A stretch of 64,000 nt of DNA, taken from contig OY970278.1 in assembly GCA_963715815.1 (NCBI GenBank), positions 2,460,569 to 2,524,568 on the forward strand, in the 5' to 3' direction. Below the pieces are notes generated by a model. It did no database searches. It was not told the origin of the DNA and saw nothing but the letters and a program-made list of their open reading frames with translations. The first letter of the stretch is position 1. Every line of letters begins with the position of its first letter. Made by a program: the position numbers and the translations under genes. Source of the DNA: Vulcanimicrobiota bacterium (GTDB taxonomy: Bacteria > Vulcanimicrobiota > Vulcanimicrobiia > Vulcanimicrobiales > Vulcanimicrobiaceae). Of the stretch, positions 25,288 through 34,781 are shown piece after piece.

Positions 25288-26559
25288 CTAAACTACATTA
25301 CCTAGTTGAATCGAGCGATCCAACAGTTCGATCGGGTGCATCGATTCAATCGTCTCACCGCGAGCGCGTAAGCGCGATTGTATCTGGAGCGTGCAACCCG
25401 GATTCGCGCTTGCGATCAGGCGCGTATTGGTTTTCAGGACGGCGTCGGCTTTGCGATCGCCGATCTCGCGCGCGCTTTCCGGCTCGAACAGGTTGTACGT
25501 GCCGGCGCTTCCGCAACACTGATCGCCATCCGGAATCTCGCAAAGCTCGAGACCTGGAATCTGCTGCAGCAAACTGCGCGGCTCGGTCCGGATCCCTTGC
25601 GCGTGCGCGAGATGACAAGCGTCGTGATACGCGACGCGCGCATTGATTCGCCCGCGCGGCGCTTGCGGTTCGAGACCGGCAAGGAGCTCGTTGATATCAC
25701 GGACGCGCGAGGCAAATCGCTGCGCTTTCTCGCGATATGCGAGATCGCTCGCGAACAGCTCGCCGTAGCCTTTCATCGCGGAACCACAGCCGGCCGCGTT
25801 CACGACGATCGCGTCATAAGGTTGTTGCTCGAAGCGGTCGATCAACGCACGCGCAAAGCCTTTGGCTTCTTCTTCACGCCCGGAGTGCAGTGAGAGCGCA
25901 CCGCAGCAACCCTGACCCTCGGGAATGTCGACTTCGCAACCCTCGGCGGAAAGGACACGCAGTGTCGCGGCGTTCACGTTCGGGAAGAAGACACGCTGCA
26001 CGCAACCCGCGAGGAGGCCGACGTGCATGCGTTTGGTTCCCTGTGCGTCGACGTGCGCAGGCAATTCTTCGCGCGCTGCCGCCGGGGGAGCAAGATCTTC
26101 AAGCTGTTGCAGCCGAGCCGGTAAGAGACTGAGAATCCCCGAACGCCTCACCAGCATTTGCAATCCGCTTCGCACGTAAAGCTGCAGCGGGGCGCGAAGG
26201 AACGCGAGCCGCGCCGGATACGGAAATATTGAAAACACGAAGTCGCGGAAGAGCTGATCGAAGAAGGTGCGTTTCGTCTGCGTCTCGACCTTCGCACGCG
26301 TCGATTCGATCAGGAGATCGTAGCGGACACCGGAGGGGCAGGCGGTGACGCAGGCCATGCAGCCCAGACACAGATCGAAGTGCTTTCGCACGGTGTCGGA
26401 AAGCGGAATAGCGTTTTCTTCAACGCCCTTCATCAAATCGATCCGTCCGCGCGGCGAATCCATCTCGACGCCCCACGAACGATACGTCGGGCATGCCGGT
26501 AAACAGAAGCCGCAGTGCACGCAATCCGAGATCAGATCCGCGTACGTTCGCGTGCTCAT
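25288..26559 (-). CDS. glcF: Glycolate oxidase iron-sulfur subunit
   Basis: MSTRTYADLISDCVHCGFCLPACPTY...CLGCMACVTACPSGV plus two CCG motifs (GCCGALS, QCCGSAG). ATG 26559 overlaps the glcE stop (ATGA). Confidence 0.9.
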   Translation of the reverse strand: MSTRTYADLISDCVHCGFCLPACPTYRSWGVEMDSPRGRIDLMKGVEENAIPLSDTVRKHFDLCLGCMACVTACPSGVRYDLLIESTRAKVETQTKRTFFDQLFRDFVFSIFPYPARLAFLRAPLQLYVRSGLQMLVRRSGILSLLPARLQQLEDLAPPAAAREELPAHVDAQGTKRMHVGLLAGCVQRVFFPNVNAATLRVLSAEGCEVDIPEGQGCCGALSLHSGREEEAKGFARALIDRFEQQPYDAIVVNAAGCGSAMKGYGELFASDLAYREKAQRFASRVRDINELLAGLEPQAPRGRINARVAYHDACHLAHAQGIRTEPRSLLQQIPGLELCEIPDGDQCCGSAGTYNLFEPESAREIGDRKADAVLKTNTRLIASANPGCTLQIQSRLRARGETIESMHPIELLDRSIQLGNVV

Positions 26560-27651
26560 AGGCCTCCCACGAAACGTCCAGGATTGAGACGATATTCCGG
26601 ATCGAAGCGTTCTTTGAGCGCGCGCATGAGCTTGAACGCCGGGGGCGGCGTCCCCCACGCGTCGATCTTCCCGCGCCACTCTGCGGGCATGTCTTGCACG
26701 ACCAGCGTTCCACCGAGCGATTCGAACAGCGCACGCAGGCTCACCCACTTTCGTCGAGGGGCAGCTGAAATATACGACGCCGAGGCTCGGATACGCTAAC
26801 GCCTCACCGTTGATCTCGCGCGCGATGCGTTCGAATTCCGTTGGCGGAAATGTTGCCTTGAGACGATATTTGCGCTGTCCCTCGATACCCTCCGGGGCAC
26901 AGGCTTCGCTCGGGATGACAACGGGGGCGAGCCCTAAATTCAAGCACGCAGCGCTCTGCGCTTCGACGCCCGGACCGAAACCTTCGAACACGACTTCGAC
27001 GATCGCGTCATCGCCATCGATCTGCGCTGAAAGCGACGCCGGCTCGAGCTGTGCTTCGCGCAATGCGAGCACGAACGGAAAGACGCGATCGATCTTGGCG
27101 TTGAAGCAGAGCCGGCGCGCGCTTTCCGGAAGCGGGTGCACGCGAAATGTCGCTTTCGTGATGATCGCGAGCGTGCCGAGCGAGCCGACGATGAGTTTCG
27201 AGACGTCGAATCCGGCCACGTTTTTCACGACTTTGCCGCCGGCGTGGGCAATCACGCCGTCGGCGCGCACCAGCTCGATCCCGACGATCAGATCCTTGAG
27301 CGTTCCGTAGCGGAGCGCGCTCGGTCCGTAGGCGTTCGTCGCGAGCATCCCGCCGATCGTGACATCGTCGCTGCCGAATGACTCGATGGCAAGACGCTGG
27401 CCGTGCTTTGCAAGCTCGGCTTGGAGCTCGCGCAGCGTAATTCCGGCTTCGACGACGACGACTTGATCTTCGGGCGTGTAATCGACAATTCGGCTCAGTC
27501 CACGCGTGCGAAGCGTAATGTCTTCGCGCGTTGCCGGATTGCCAAGGCCGAGCGCCGTCCCCGCACCGATCGTTGCAATCGCTTGATTCCCGGTTGAACG
27601 AACGGCTTCTACGACTTCCTCGACGGTTTTGGGTTCGAGCGTTTGGGTCAT
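26556..27651 (-). pseudogene. glcE: Glycolate oxidase FAD-binding subunit GlcE, interrupted by a 1-nt frameshift as sequenced
   Basis: The N-terminal ~300 aa (MTQTLEPKTVEEVVEAV...GGKVVKNVAGFDVSKL) are in the frame of track ORF 25288..27891. The conserved C-terminus (VSLRALFESLGGTLVVQDMPAEWRGKIDAWG...RFDPEYRLNPGRFVGGL) is in the frame of ORF 26556..26744. The switch lies within 26744-26796. Confidence 0.7.
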
Positions 27652-29111
27652 CCACGACCAGCCAGATCGTCTTTTTCCGTCTGGTGCGCAACGTACCGCC
27701 CTGGCCGGTCCCCGCACAAGCGCGGCGTTGGAAAAACTTTCGCCGGATTGAAAATGCGTTGCGGATCGAAGGCGCAACGGACACGATTCATCGTTTCGAG
27801 ATCGTCGTCGGTGAAGAGCTCTCCCATGTAGAACTGCTTGTCGTGGCCGACGCCGTGTTCGCCCGTAATCGAGCCGCCGTAACGGATACAAATACGCAAG
27901 ATTTCGCCCGAGACGTGCTCCGCGCGTTCGGATTCACCCGGTTTGCGCGCGTCGTACAGCACGAGGGGATGCAGATTGCCGTCGCCGGCGTGAAAGACGT
28001 TTGCGACGCGCAATCCCTCGCGTGCGGCGAGCTCCGCGATTTCGCGCAAGACCGGTCCGATCGAACGGCGTGGCACGACGCCGTCGCCGACGTAGTAATC
28101 GGGACTAATCCGCCCAACTGCCGCGAAGGCGCTCTTGCGGCCCTTCCACATCAAGTCACGTTCGAAGACATCGCGCGGCTTCCGAATCTCGATTGCTCCG
28201 GACGCCTTTGCGATTCGTTCTGCTTCCGAAGCCGTATGCGCGGCTTCGGCTTCAACGCCGTCGACATCCATCAAAAGCACTGCGCCGACGTCACACGGCC
28301 AATCGACACCAGTCGCGGCCACGATCGCTTCGATCGCCAGCGTGTCGCACATCTCGATTGCAGCCGGTACAATCCCCGCCGCGATGATTTTCGAAACGGC
28401 TTCACCGGCTTCATCGGTCGTCGGAAACGTTGCAAAGAGCGTGCGCGTCGATTGCGGCTTGCGCAAGATCCGCACCACGGCCTCGGTCACGATCCCGAGC
28501 ATCCCTTCGCTCCCGACGATAGCTCTTGTGAGATCGTAGCCCAGCGGATCGCCATGCTCGGCGCCGACGTCAACTATGCTCCCATCTTCGAGGACAATCT
28601 TTACCGCGACGACGTGATTCGTCGTGAAGCCGTACTTGAGACAATGCGCGCCGCCGGAATTCTCGGCGACGTTTCCGCCGATCGAGCAGACGCTTTGCGA
28701 GCTCGGATCGGGCGCGTAGTAGTAGCCGAGCGGGGCGAGGTGCGCGCTCATTGCAAGATTGATGACGCCGGGTTGCACGCGCATCCGCAGATTCGGCAAG
28801 TCGACTTCGAGGATCGCATTCATGCGCGAGAGCCCGACGACGAGACAGCCTTCAGTCGGCAGCGCACCACCGGAAAGCCCGGTCCCCGAACCGCGCGGCA
28901 CTACCGGCATGTTGGCATCGCGCGCGATGCGCACGCAGTCCGCGACTTGTTCGGTCGTGTTCGGGAGCACGACGATCCCTGGACGGACGCGATAGCCGGT
29001 GAGACCGTCGGCCTCGTAGGTCCGCAATTCGGTCGGATCCGTGATGCAATGCGCATTTCCGACCGCAAGCCGAAGGCGGTCGATGACCTCGCGCGACGGC
29101 GTGGCGATCAT
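27648..29111 (-). CDS. glcD: Glycolate oxidase subunit GlcD (FAD-linked oxidase)
   Basis: 487 aa. Contains VVPRGSGTGLSGGALP, GYYYAPDPSS and FHAGDGNLHPL. Its stop overlaps the glcE ATG (ATGA). Confidence 0.9.
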   Translation of the reverse strand: MIATPSREVIDRLRLAVGNAHCITDPTELRTYEADGLTGYRVRPGIVVLPNTTEQVADCVRIARDANMPVVPRGSGTGLSGGALPTEGCLVVGLSRMNAILEVDLPNLRMRVQPGVINLAMSAHLAPLGYYYAPDPSSQSVCSIGGNVAENSGGAHCLKYGFTTNHVVAVKIVLEDGSIVDVGAEHGDPLGYDLTRAIVGSEGMLGIVTEAVVRILRKPQSTRTLFATFPTTDEAGEAVSKIIAAGIVPAAIEMCDTLAIEAIVAATGVDWPCDVGAVLLMDVDGVEAEAAHTASEAERIAKASGAIEIRKPRDVFERDLMWKGRKSAFAAVGRISPDYYVGDGVVPRRSIGPVLREIAELAAREGLRVANVFHAGDGNLHPLVLYDARKPGESERAEHVSGEILRICIRYGGSITGEHGVGHDKQFYMGELFTDDDLETMNRVRCAFDPQRIFNPAKVFPTPRLCGDRPGRYVAHQTEKDDLAGRG

Positions 29112-29153
29112 ACCAGCGTCGTTCGACGCCGGGACGGAATTCCTAAGAGCTTA

Positions 29154-31229
29154 CTAGAGTATCTGGAAGTACGGGCTGACGATCGCCGCGTGCGTGGCGC
29201 TCATCGAGCCTGCCACGGTGCCGCCCAGATTGTAGAAGAATTGAACGAGGCCGCCCGTGCTGATGCCGTTCCAGAGTCCGTCGTACGAGTTGACGATCTG
29301 CGTTACCGGATTGCCAAACGCCGGCAATGGCGCGCTCGTCGGCTGGGCCGGCGTATTGGCGATGAGCGGCGCAACGCTGGTGCCGTTTGCGGCCAGCAAA
29401 TAGAGTCCGGGCGCAGGGGTAGGATACGCGACCGCAAGTCTACCCGGACCAAGGTTGGCGCTGGTGCTGAACACGACGTTGCCGACTTCAACGCTACAGA
29501 AAAGATACAGACACGTGACCACGTCGTCGTTCCCGGAATCGAACGCCGTAAATGCCACATATTGCTCGCCCGTGAAATTATCCGCGGACGCCGCGTAGGT
29601 AACAGGATTGGAAAATGACGCGCCCGAGACCCCGGGGCCATCCGCGAGGTCGATTGTCGTCAACGACGGGTCGGCGTTCGCATCCGAGATTTCGAAGATA
29701 TTCGGCGAATTGTTACTCGTCGCGAACACGTAATCGCCGCTGCCGCCCGTGTTCCAAGAGACGATGAGATCGGAAGGCCCCGTTACTGTCCCGGCCGACA
29801 CGATCGTCGTAGTGGTTAAGGACGGCAAATTACTATCGCCGACCGCTTGAATCGAGCCGTCGGCATTCAAGATGTAGATCATCCCGGAACCAACGCCTTC
29901 GCCCGGCGAAACCGCAAGCGCGAGCGGATTACTTCCCGGAACCTGGGTTACAACAGCCGGTTGCGCGTTGATAAGGCCAACGTTGTAGGTCAAGCCGCCG
30001 AACGCGTCGCGACTCATATCGATGAGCGTCAGATACGGCGTACCGGAGACGCTGTCGAGAACTGCCACACCAGGAACGTAATCATCTCCTCCGATTGCCA
30101 CGGGATTGGAGAACGACGTGATCGTTGTTCCCGTCGCATAGTTTGCGAACGGAAGCGTGCCGCAGTTATATGTGCTTGGACCTGAGTCGACGAGCCCCGT
30201 CATGCTTATCCCGGTCGTCGATGGAGCGAGGGCGAGACGGTCGACGGCGTACAGATTTCGCGTCGTACTGGGCGTCAAATTGATTCCCACGCTGCCGGCG
30301 CTCGTGCTTACGTTGACGACACCCGTGCTGCCGCTGCTTGAAGCGGCAAATTCGAAATCCTGTGTCACGCCGTATGCAGTGGCGATGGTATACGGTGTCG
30401 TCAGTAGCTGCTGATTAAAGTTGTAGAGCCCGAAGCCACCCGAAACGCCGATCGTAACCGGATTCGCCAGCGGACCGCTGATGGGGTATCCAGCAGCATC
30501 TCCGATCAAAAATTCGGCAACGCCTGGGCCGCCGCTCGGATCGATGCACGACGTCGGTGCGTCGATGAGGACAGAAGCCGCGACGCCGTAGGTCTGAATC
30601 GAGATTGGACCCGGATAACCGGACGCCGAAATCGCGTACGCCGGCTGTGTGGCCTGGACAAAGCTCGTCCCCGGGAAACCCGGCGTTACCGAAAGCAGAT
30701 GCCCCGCCGAGTCGTACATTGCAACGTAAAACGTATCGCCGCCGAGAGGTGCGAAAACGTTTGAATAGTTGCTGCACTGATACGCGCCCGCAGCCGGAAC
30801 GTAGCCGCAGTAGAAATCGGTTTGTCCGTAGACCACACCAGCCGTGAACGGTCCCTGCGTAAGCGCTAGATTCGCACCCTGATAGATGGAGATCGAGATC
30901 GAGCCACCGATAACGCCTTCGCTGATATATTGCGGCTTTCGTACGAACGCGGCGCGCGTTTTGCGTGGCGTTAACGCCTTGGATCTCCGCTGTTTGTACG
31001 CGGGCTGATAACCCGGCGTCGTCCACGCCACATTGCTGCGCGTGGGCAGCGAAAATTTCAGCGCTATCTTCGACGAATTCGCCGGTGCGGTATTGTTATG
31101 TAGGTTGTTGCTCGGCGCGTTCGGGAGCGAGCCGCCACCCATTTTGCCGCCACCGCCGCACCCCGCAATAAGGATAAATCCAGCCGCCGAAACAGCAGCA
31201 GTAGCTTTGCGCGCGTCCATAGGGGTCAC
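29154..31229 (-). CDS. Large lipoprotein A of the three-member family (unknown function)
   Basis: 691 aa with lipobox FILIAGCGGGG. A short basic stretch (YKQRRSKALTPRKTRAAFVRKPQYIS) is followed by ~600 aa rich in S/T/G/N/A/V/Y/P and nearly devoid of K/R/E. Shares the ISGPLANPVT block with B and C. Confidence 0.75.
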   Translation of the reverse strand: MTPMDARKATAAVSAAGFILIAGCGGGGKMGGGSLPNAPSNNLHNNTAPANSSKIALKFSLPTRSNVAWTTPGYQPAYKQRRSKALTPRKTRAAFVRKPQYISEGVIGGSISISIYQGANLALTQGPFTAGVVYGQTDFYCGYVPAAGAYQCSNYSNVFAPLGGDTFYVAMYDSAGHLLSVTPGFPGTSFVQATQPAYAISASGYPGPISIQTYGVAASVLIDAPTSCIDPSGGPGVAEFLIGDAAGYPISGPLANPVTIGVSGGFGLYNFNQQLLTTPYTIATAYGVTQDFEFAASSSGSTGVVNVSTSAGSVGINLTPSTTRNLYAVDRLALAPSTTGISMTGLVDSGPSTYNCGTLPFANYATGTTITSFSNPVAIGGDDYVPGVAVLDSVSGTPYLTLIDMSRDAFGGLTYNVGLINAQPAVVTQVPGSNPLALAVSPGEGVGSGMIYILNADGSIQAVGDSNLPSLTTTTIVSAGTVTGPSDLIVSWNTGGSGDYVFATSNNSPNIFEISDANADPSLTTIDLADGPGVSGASFSNPVTYAASADNFTGEQYVAFTAFDSGNDDVVTCLYLFCSVEVGNVVFSTSANLGPGRLAVAYPTPAPGLYLLAANGTSVAPLIANTPAQPTSAPLPAFGNPVTQIVNSYDGLWNGISTGGLVQFFYNLGGTVAGSMSATHAAIVSPYFQIL

Positions 31230-31278
31230 GGTTTCGCGAAGACGAGCGCTCGCCCTCGTTAATGATCTGTGCCGCTGC

Positions 31279-33024
31279 TCACTTGCCGATCGGGCCTTCT
31301 TCCTTTAGCCGTGCAGGTTTCGTCAAGCGCGAGCCTGTGACGTTCAGAACGACACCGCCCTTGGCTCGAATATTCTCTACGAATTCGCGCCGCCGGATAG
31401 CGAGGAGTGGGCGATCCGGGAAGGGGTGCCGCTTGTATGCCTCCTCATAGAGACCGGCGTAGGCGGTACCGGTCCGTTGCAGCCAGTGCGCATAGTCGCC
31501 ACCGTAGGACCACAGCGACGTGACCCGGTCGACGTGAATCCAATCGTAACGCAGGGCGATCCGCAAGATCATCTCGTAGTCGTCATTAGGCGAAAGCGCC
31601 GTGTCGAACAGTCCCAGTTCGCGGAATACGTCGCGTCCAATGACCGCGGATATCATTCCGAGAAACGGGCAAACGACGAGCGCTTCTTCGATATCGACGC
31701 CGGAGACCGCGCCGGATGCAAAGCCGACGAGCTCATCCGGCGCGCCGCGGATTCCCATCAACGCGTCCGCATGCGCGACCGATCCTCGTGAACGCTCGAG
31801 CGCATCGACGAGCGACGAGATGTGATCGGGGAAAAAGATGTCGTCGTCGTCCAAGAACGCGATATACTCACCCGACGCACGTTCGATTCCGGAATTGAGC
31901 GCTGCACCGTGCCCGCCATTCGACTCGCGCATAACATGGCTAGCGCCGAAACGCTCGGCGATATCGGCAACGTCTTCTCCCGCATCGTTGACAACGAACA
32001 TTTCGATCGCCGGATAGTCTTGCCGCTTTATGCTCTCCAGGGCGCGCGGCAAAAGCGTGCGGCGATTGTAGGTCGGCGTGATGACGCTGACGCGCGGCGC
32101 ACGCTCGCGGACAATGGCTCCGTTTGAACGGCGCTTCGATGTTTTGGCGGGCAACAGCGGCTGCGCGACCGCGATCGGCGGAGCACTTCCGAGTGCACGG
32201 AGCGTCGAAGCCAATATCGAATCGCGGTTCCAGCCATCGTACGTCGAAACGCCGCCGATAAGCTCGTTTGCACCCGTCGTGCGCGCCACCGCAAGGGGAA
32301 CGCCGAAGCGCGCGAGCGCGAGAGCGGTTCCGGGCTGATCGTCGCTCGTATCGACGATCGCAGCCGCCGAACGTAGCAACGTTTGTGCTTGCGCGACCGT
32401 CGCGCGATGGATCGTGTCCGGAATCTTTCCGCCTTTGCAGACGACGTAGACGGGGACGTGCAGCTCCTCGAGCGCGCATAACGTAATCGCGATCTCATCC
32501 GCGCTCCGGTTTCCCGCCCAGATGACGACGTGATCGGCGTCCTGCGGCGGACCGAGCGGCTCGGGGACAGTTACATCGCCTTGTACGACCTCGGTACGCG
32601 ATTCGTGCCACCGTCCGAACATGAACGCGAGCCGCGTGTAGGCGGATTCGGACACGACGACGCCCGCGTCGGCAAGACACCACAGTGCGCGCGCGAGCGC
32701 GAGAATCTCTCCCGGGACTCCGCTTAGCTCAGCCTGCCGTTTTCCGTCGACCACGATTGCGCCCATCGCGATCCCTCCGCAGACGCCGCGGCGATCGTCG
32801 AATGTTTTCGCGGACGTCAAAAGCTTCGCGGCCCATGCGCGCGAGAATCGGTTTGGGTCTTCGTCGAGAAACATCGCGACGGCGAAACGCTCGCCGCGCG
32901 CTCGCTGCCGTACGCCTTCGAGAATCGCTTCCAGAAACGCGGACTCGTCTGCAGCAATGACGTTACCGCCGGTCTGCGCACTCTTCGCCCACCTGCGAGC
33001 GTGCTCTCCAAACGCCTTGATCAC
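31279..33024 (-). CDS. Two-domain glycosyltransferase: unassigned Rossmann/GT-B-like N-domain plus a GT2 (GT-A) C-domain
   Basis: 581 aa. GT2 block: VSVITPTYNRRTLLPRALESIKRQDYPAIEMFVVNDAG...YIAFLDDDDIFFPDH. The N-terminal ~290 aa are paralogous to the next gene. Confidence 0.8.
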   Translation of the reverse strand: MIKAFGEHARRWAKSAQTGGNVIAADESAFLEAILEGVRQRARGERFAVAMFLDEDPNRFSRAWAAKLLTSAKTFDDRRGVCGGIAMGAIVVDGKRQAELSGVPGEILALARALWCLADAGVVVSESAYTRLAFMFGRWHESRTEVVQGDVTVPEPLGPPQDADHVVIWAGNRSADEIAITLCALEELHVPVYVVCKGGKIPDTIHRATVAQAQTLLRSAAAIVDTSDDQPGTALALARFGVPLAVARTTGANELIGGVSTYDGWNRDSILASTLRALGSAPPIAVAQPLLPAKTSKRRSNGAIVRERAPRVSVITPTYNRRTLLPRALESIKRQDYPAIEMFVVNDAGEDVADIAERFGASHVMRESNGGHGAALNSGIERASGEYIAFLDDDDIFFPDHISSLVDALERSRGSVAHADALMGIRGAPDELVGFASGAVSGVDIEEALVVCPFLGMISAVIGRDVFRELGLFDTALSPNDDYEMILRIALRYDWIHVDRVTSLWSYGGDYAHWLQRTGTAYAGLYEEAYKRHPFPDRPLLAIRRREFVENIRAKGGVVLNVTGSRLTKPARLKEEGPIGK

Positions 33025-34745
33025 GGCAACGGCCTAGGCGGCTCGAAGCGAATCGCGGGCGTCCCCCAGCGCGGTGTCATGTCGACGCCGCGATGCTGAT
33101 CGATCATCTGTTGACGCATCGCATCGATTTGCGGACGCTCGACGAGCGGATGAAGCTCGACGATACGCGTGAACGCGCTTCCGAAGCGGGCCGCGAGCGT
33201 TACCACGGTGTTCGTCGCGTCCGTTCGAACGGAATAAATGCCGGTCACGTACGGCACGTACTGTACGTCGTAATGTTCGGCGATGCGGATCCAAAGCTCC
33301 CAATCTTCGGCGAAATCGACCGATTCATCGAATCCGCCTAGATCTTCAAGCACGGATCGTCGCATCAGCATCGACATCGGTGCAATCGGATCGCGCACGT
33401 AGATGTCCGAGCGGTCGATATGACGTGCGAGCGCGACGCGGTAGCCGTAGACGGCGTAATCAGAAAAGGGCGTAAGCTCGAGATAGCACGTGATGGCGTG
33501 CGCGTTCGCAGCCGCGCCTCGCGTCCGCTCCATCGCATCGACGAGACGAGCGACGTGATCCGGAAAGAGCATGTCGTCGTCGTCCAAGAGGCCGACGTAC
33601 GTTCCGCGCGCTGCGCGCAGGCCGACGTTTGCAGACGGCGTCGTTCCAAGATTCTTCTCGTTGACGACCAGACGCGCAAACGGGAAGCGCGCGACGATCT
33701 CGTCGACCGGCTCGCCGGCGTCGTTGACGACGACCGCTTCGACATCGCGATAAATTTGCGATGCGATGCTTCCCAGCGCGCGCTCGAGAAATCTCGGGCG
33801 ATTGTGCGTACGAACGATGATCGAAGTCAACGGTCCGTTCGTCCGAAGCTGCGGTGCGTGCAGTGGCACCGCCGCCGCCGGCGGTGAGATCGTCGCGGGT
33901 GGACGTCCGAGCGCGACCTGAACACTTTCCCGAATGCTGCGTCGAATCCACGGCACATAGGCGGCAATGCCGGGAACGTATTCGTGTGCGCCGTTGGTCA
34001 TCGGCGTCACGACCCGGTGCCCAAGGCGCGTCAATTCGATCGCGTCGTGCGGATCGGACAATTGCGCGTCGACGACGACAGCCGCATCTGCGATGACGTC
34101 AGCGGCCTGGTGCGGACGCTGAACTTCGACCTCCGGATCGCGAAATGTTCCGCCCTTGCAGACGATGACAAGCGGCATATGAAAATCTATCAGCCCGTAA
34201 ACGAGTAAGCTCAGTTGCGGCGCCTGCAGCTCCGGCGCCCAAAGAACGATTTTCCCGGCGTCGTTTTTCGGCCCGGGCAAATCGAGCGGCTTGCGCGAGA
34301 CGATCCTGCGCACTTCTCCGGGCTCGATGCCAAGCATGCGCGTCACACGATTCGCTTCGGACCAGCTTCGCACGACGAGAACGTCGGCCATACGCGCAAA
34401 ATCGCGTAAGGTGTCGAGCGCGCGCGGATCGATCGTCGACATCTGAGTCATCGGCTTTCCGTCGATAACAGCGCGGTGGTTCGCGATCTCTTCGAACATC
34501 TGCATGCGTTCATCGCGATAGCGATGCTTGTTGATTACGTTCCCCGAGAGTGCCCACGCAAGCGAAGAACGGGGCTCGTCGATTGCAATCGCAGCCAGCA
34601 CGGGCTCTCCGCGCTTTTTCGTCTCGATCGCGTGCAGAAACGCAGAAGACGCGCCGGTAGGATCGACGATGATGAGCTGATCGTCCATCTCGTCGAACCG
34701 GCGCGCCCACGCCCGTGCATTATCGCCGAAGGCTAGGATCGCCAC
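33021..34745 (-). CDS. Two-domain glycosyltransferase, paralogue of 31279..33024
   Basis: 574 aa. GT2 block: SIIVRTHNRPRFLERALGSIASQIYRDVEAVVVNDAG...YVGLLDDDDMLFPDH. 4-nt overlap with the downstream paralogue. Confidence 0.8.
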   Translation of the reverse strand: MAILAFGDNARAWARRFDEMDDQLIIVDPTGASSAFLHAIETKKRGEPVLAAIAIDEPRSSLAWALSGNVINKHRYRDERMQMFEEIANHRAVIDGKPMTQMSTIDPRALDTLRDFARMADVLVVRSWSEANRVTRMLGIEPGEVRRIVSRKPLDLPGPKNDAGKIVLWAPELQAPQLSLLVYGLIDFHMPLVIVCKGGTFRDPEVEVQRPHQAADVIADAAVVVDAQLSDPHDAIELTRLGHRVVTPMTNGAHEYVPGIAAYVPWIRRSIRESVQVALGRPPATISPPAAAVPLHAPQLRTNGPLTSIIVRTHNRPRFLERALGSIASQIYRDVEAVVVNDAGEPVDEIVARFPFARLVVNEKNLGTTPSANVGLRAARGTYVGLLDDDDMLFPDHVARLVDAMERTRGAAANAHAITCYLELTPFSDYAVYGYRVALARHIDRSDIYVRDPIAPMSMLMRRSVLEDLGGFDESVDFAEDWELWIRIAEHYDVQYVPYVTGIYSVRTDATNTVVTLAARFGSAFTRIVELHPLVERPQIDAMRQQMIDQHRGVDMTPRWGTPAIRFEPPRPLP

Positions 34746-34781
34746 GCGCGAACCTTTCGCCCGGCCGTTAGCGCGCGGCCT

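Noticed and set aside
25288-27891. 867-aa ORF that looks like one giant protein
   Set aside because: It is a composite. The first 80 codons are out-of-frame overlap with glcD. Then come the N-terminal ~300 aa of GlcE, 62 Arg-rich nonsense codons, and GlcF. The real units are glcE (27651 down, frameshifted) and glcF (26559..25288).
27531-29618. 695-aa plus-strand ORF
   Set aside because: It is antisense to glcD and lipoprotein A, with Arg/Asp-rich low-information sequence. glcD on the other strand has unambiguous family motifs.
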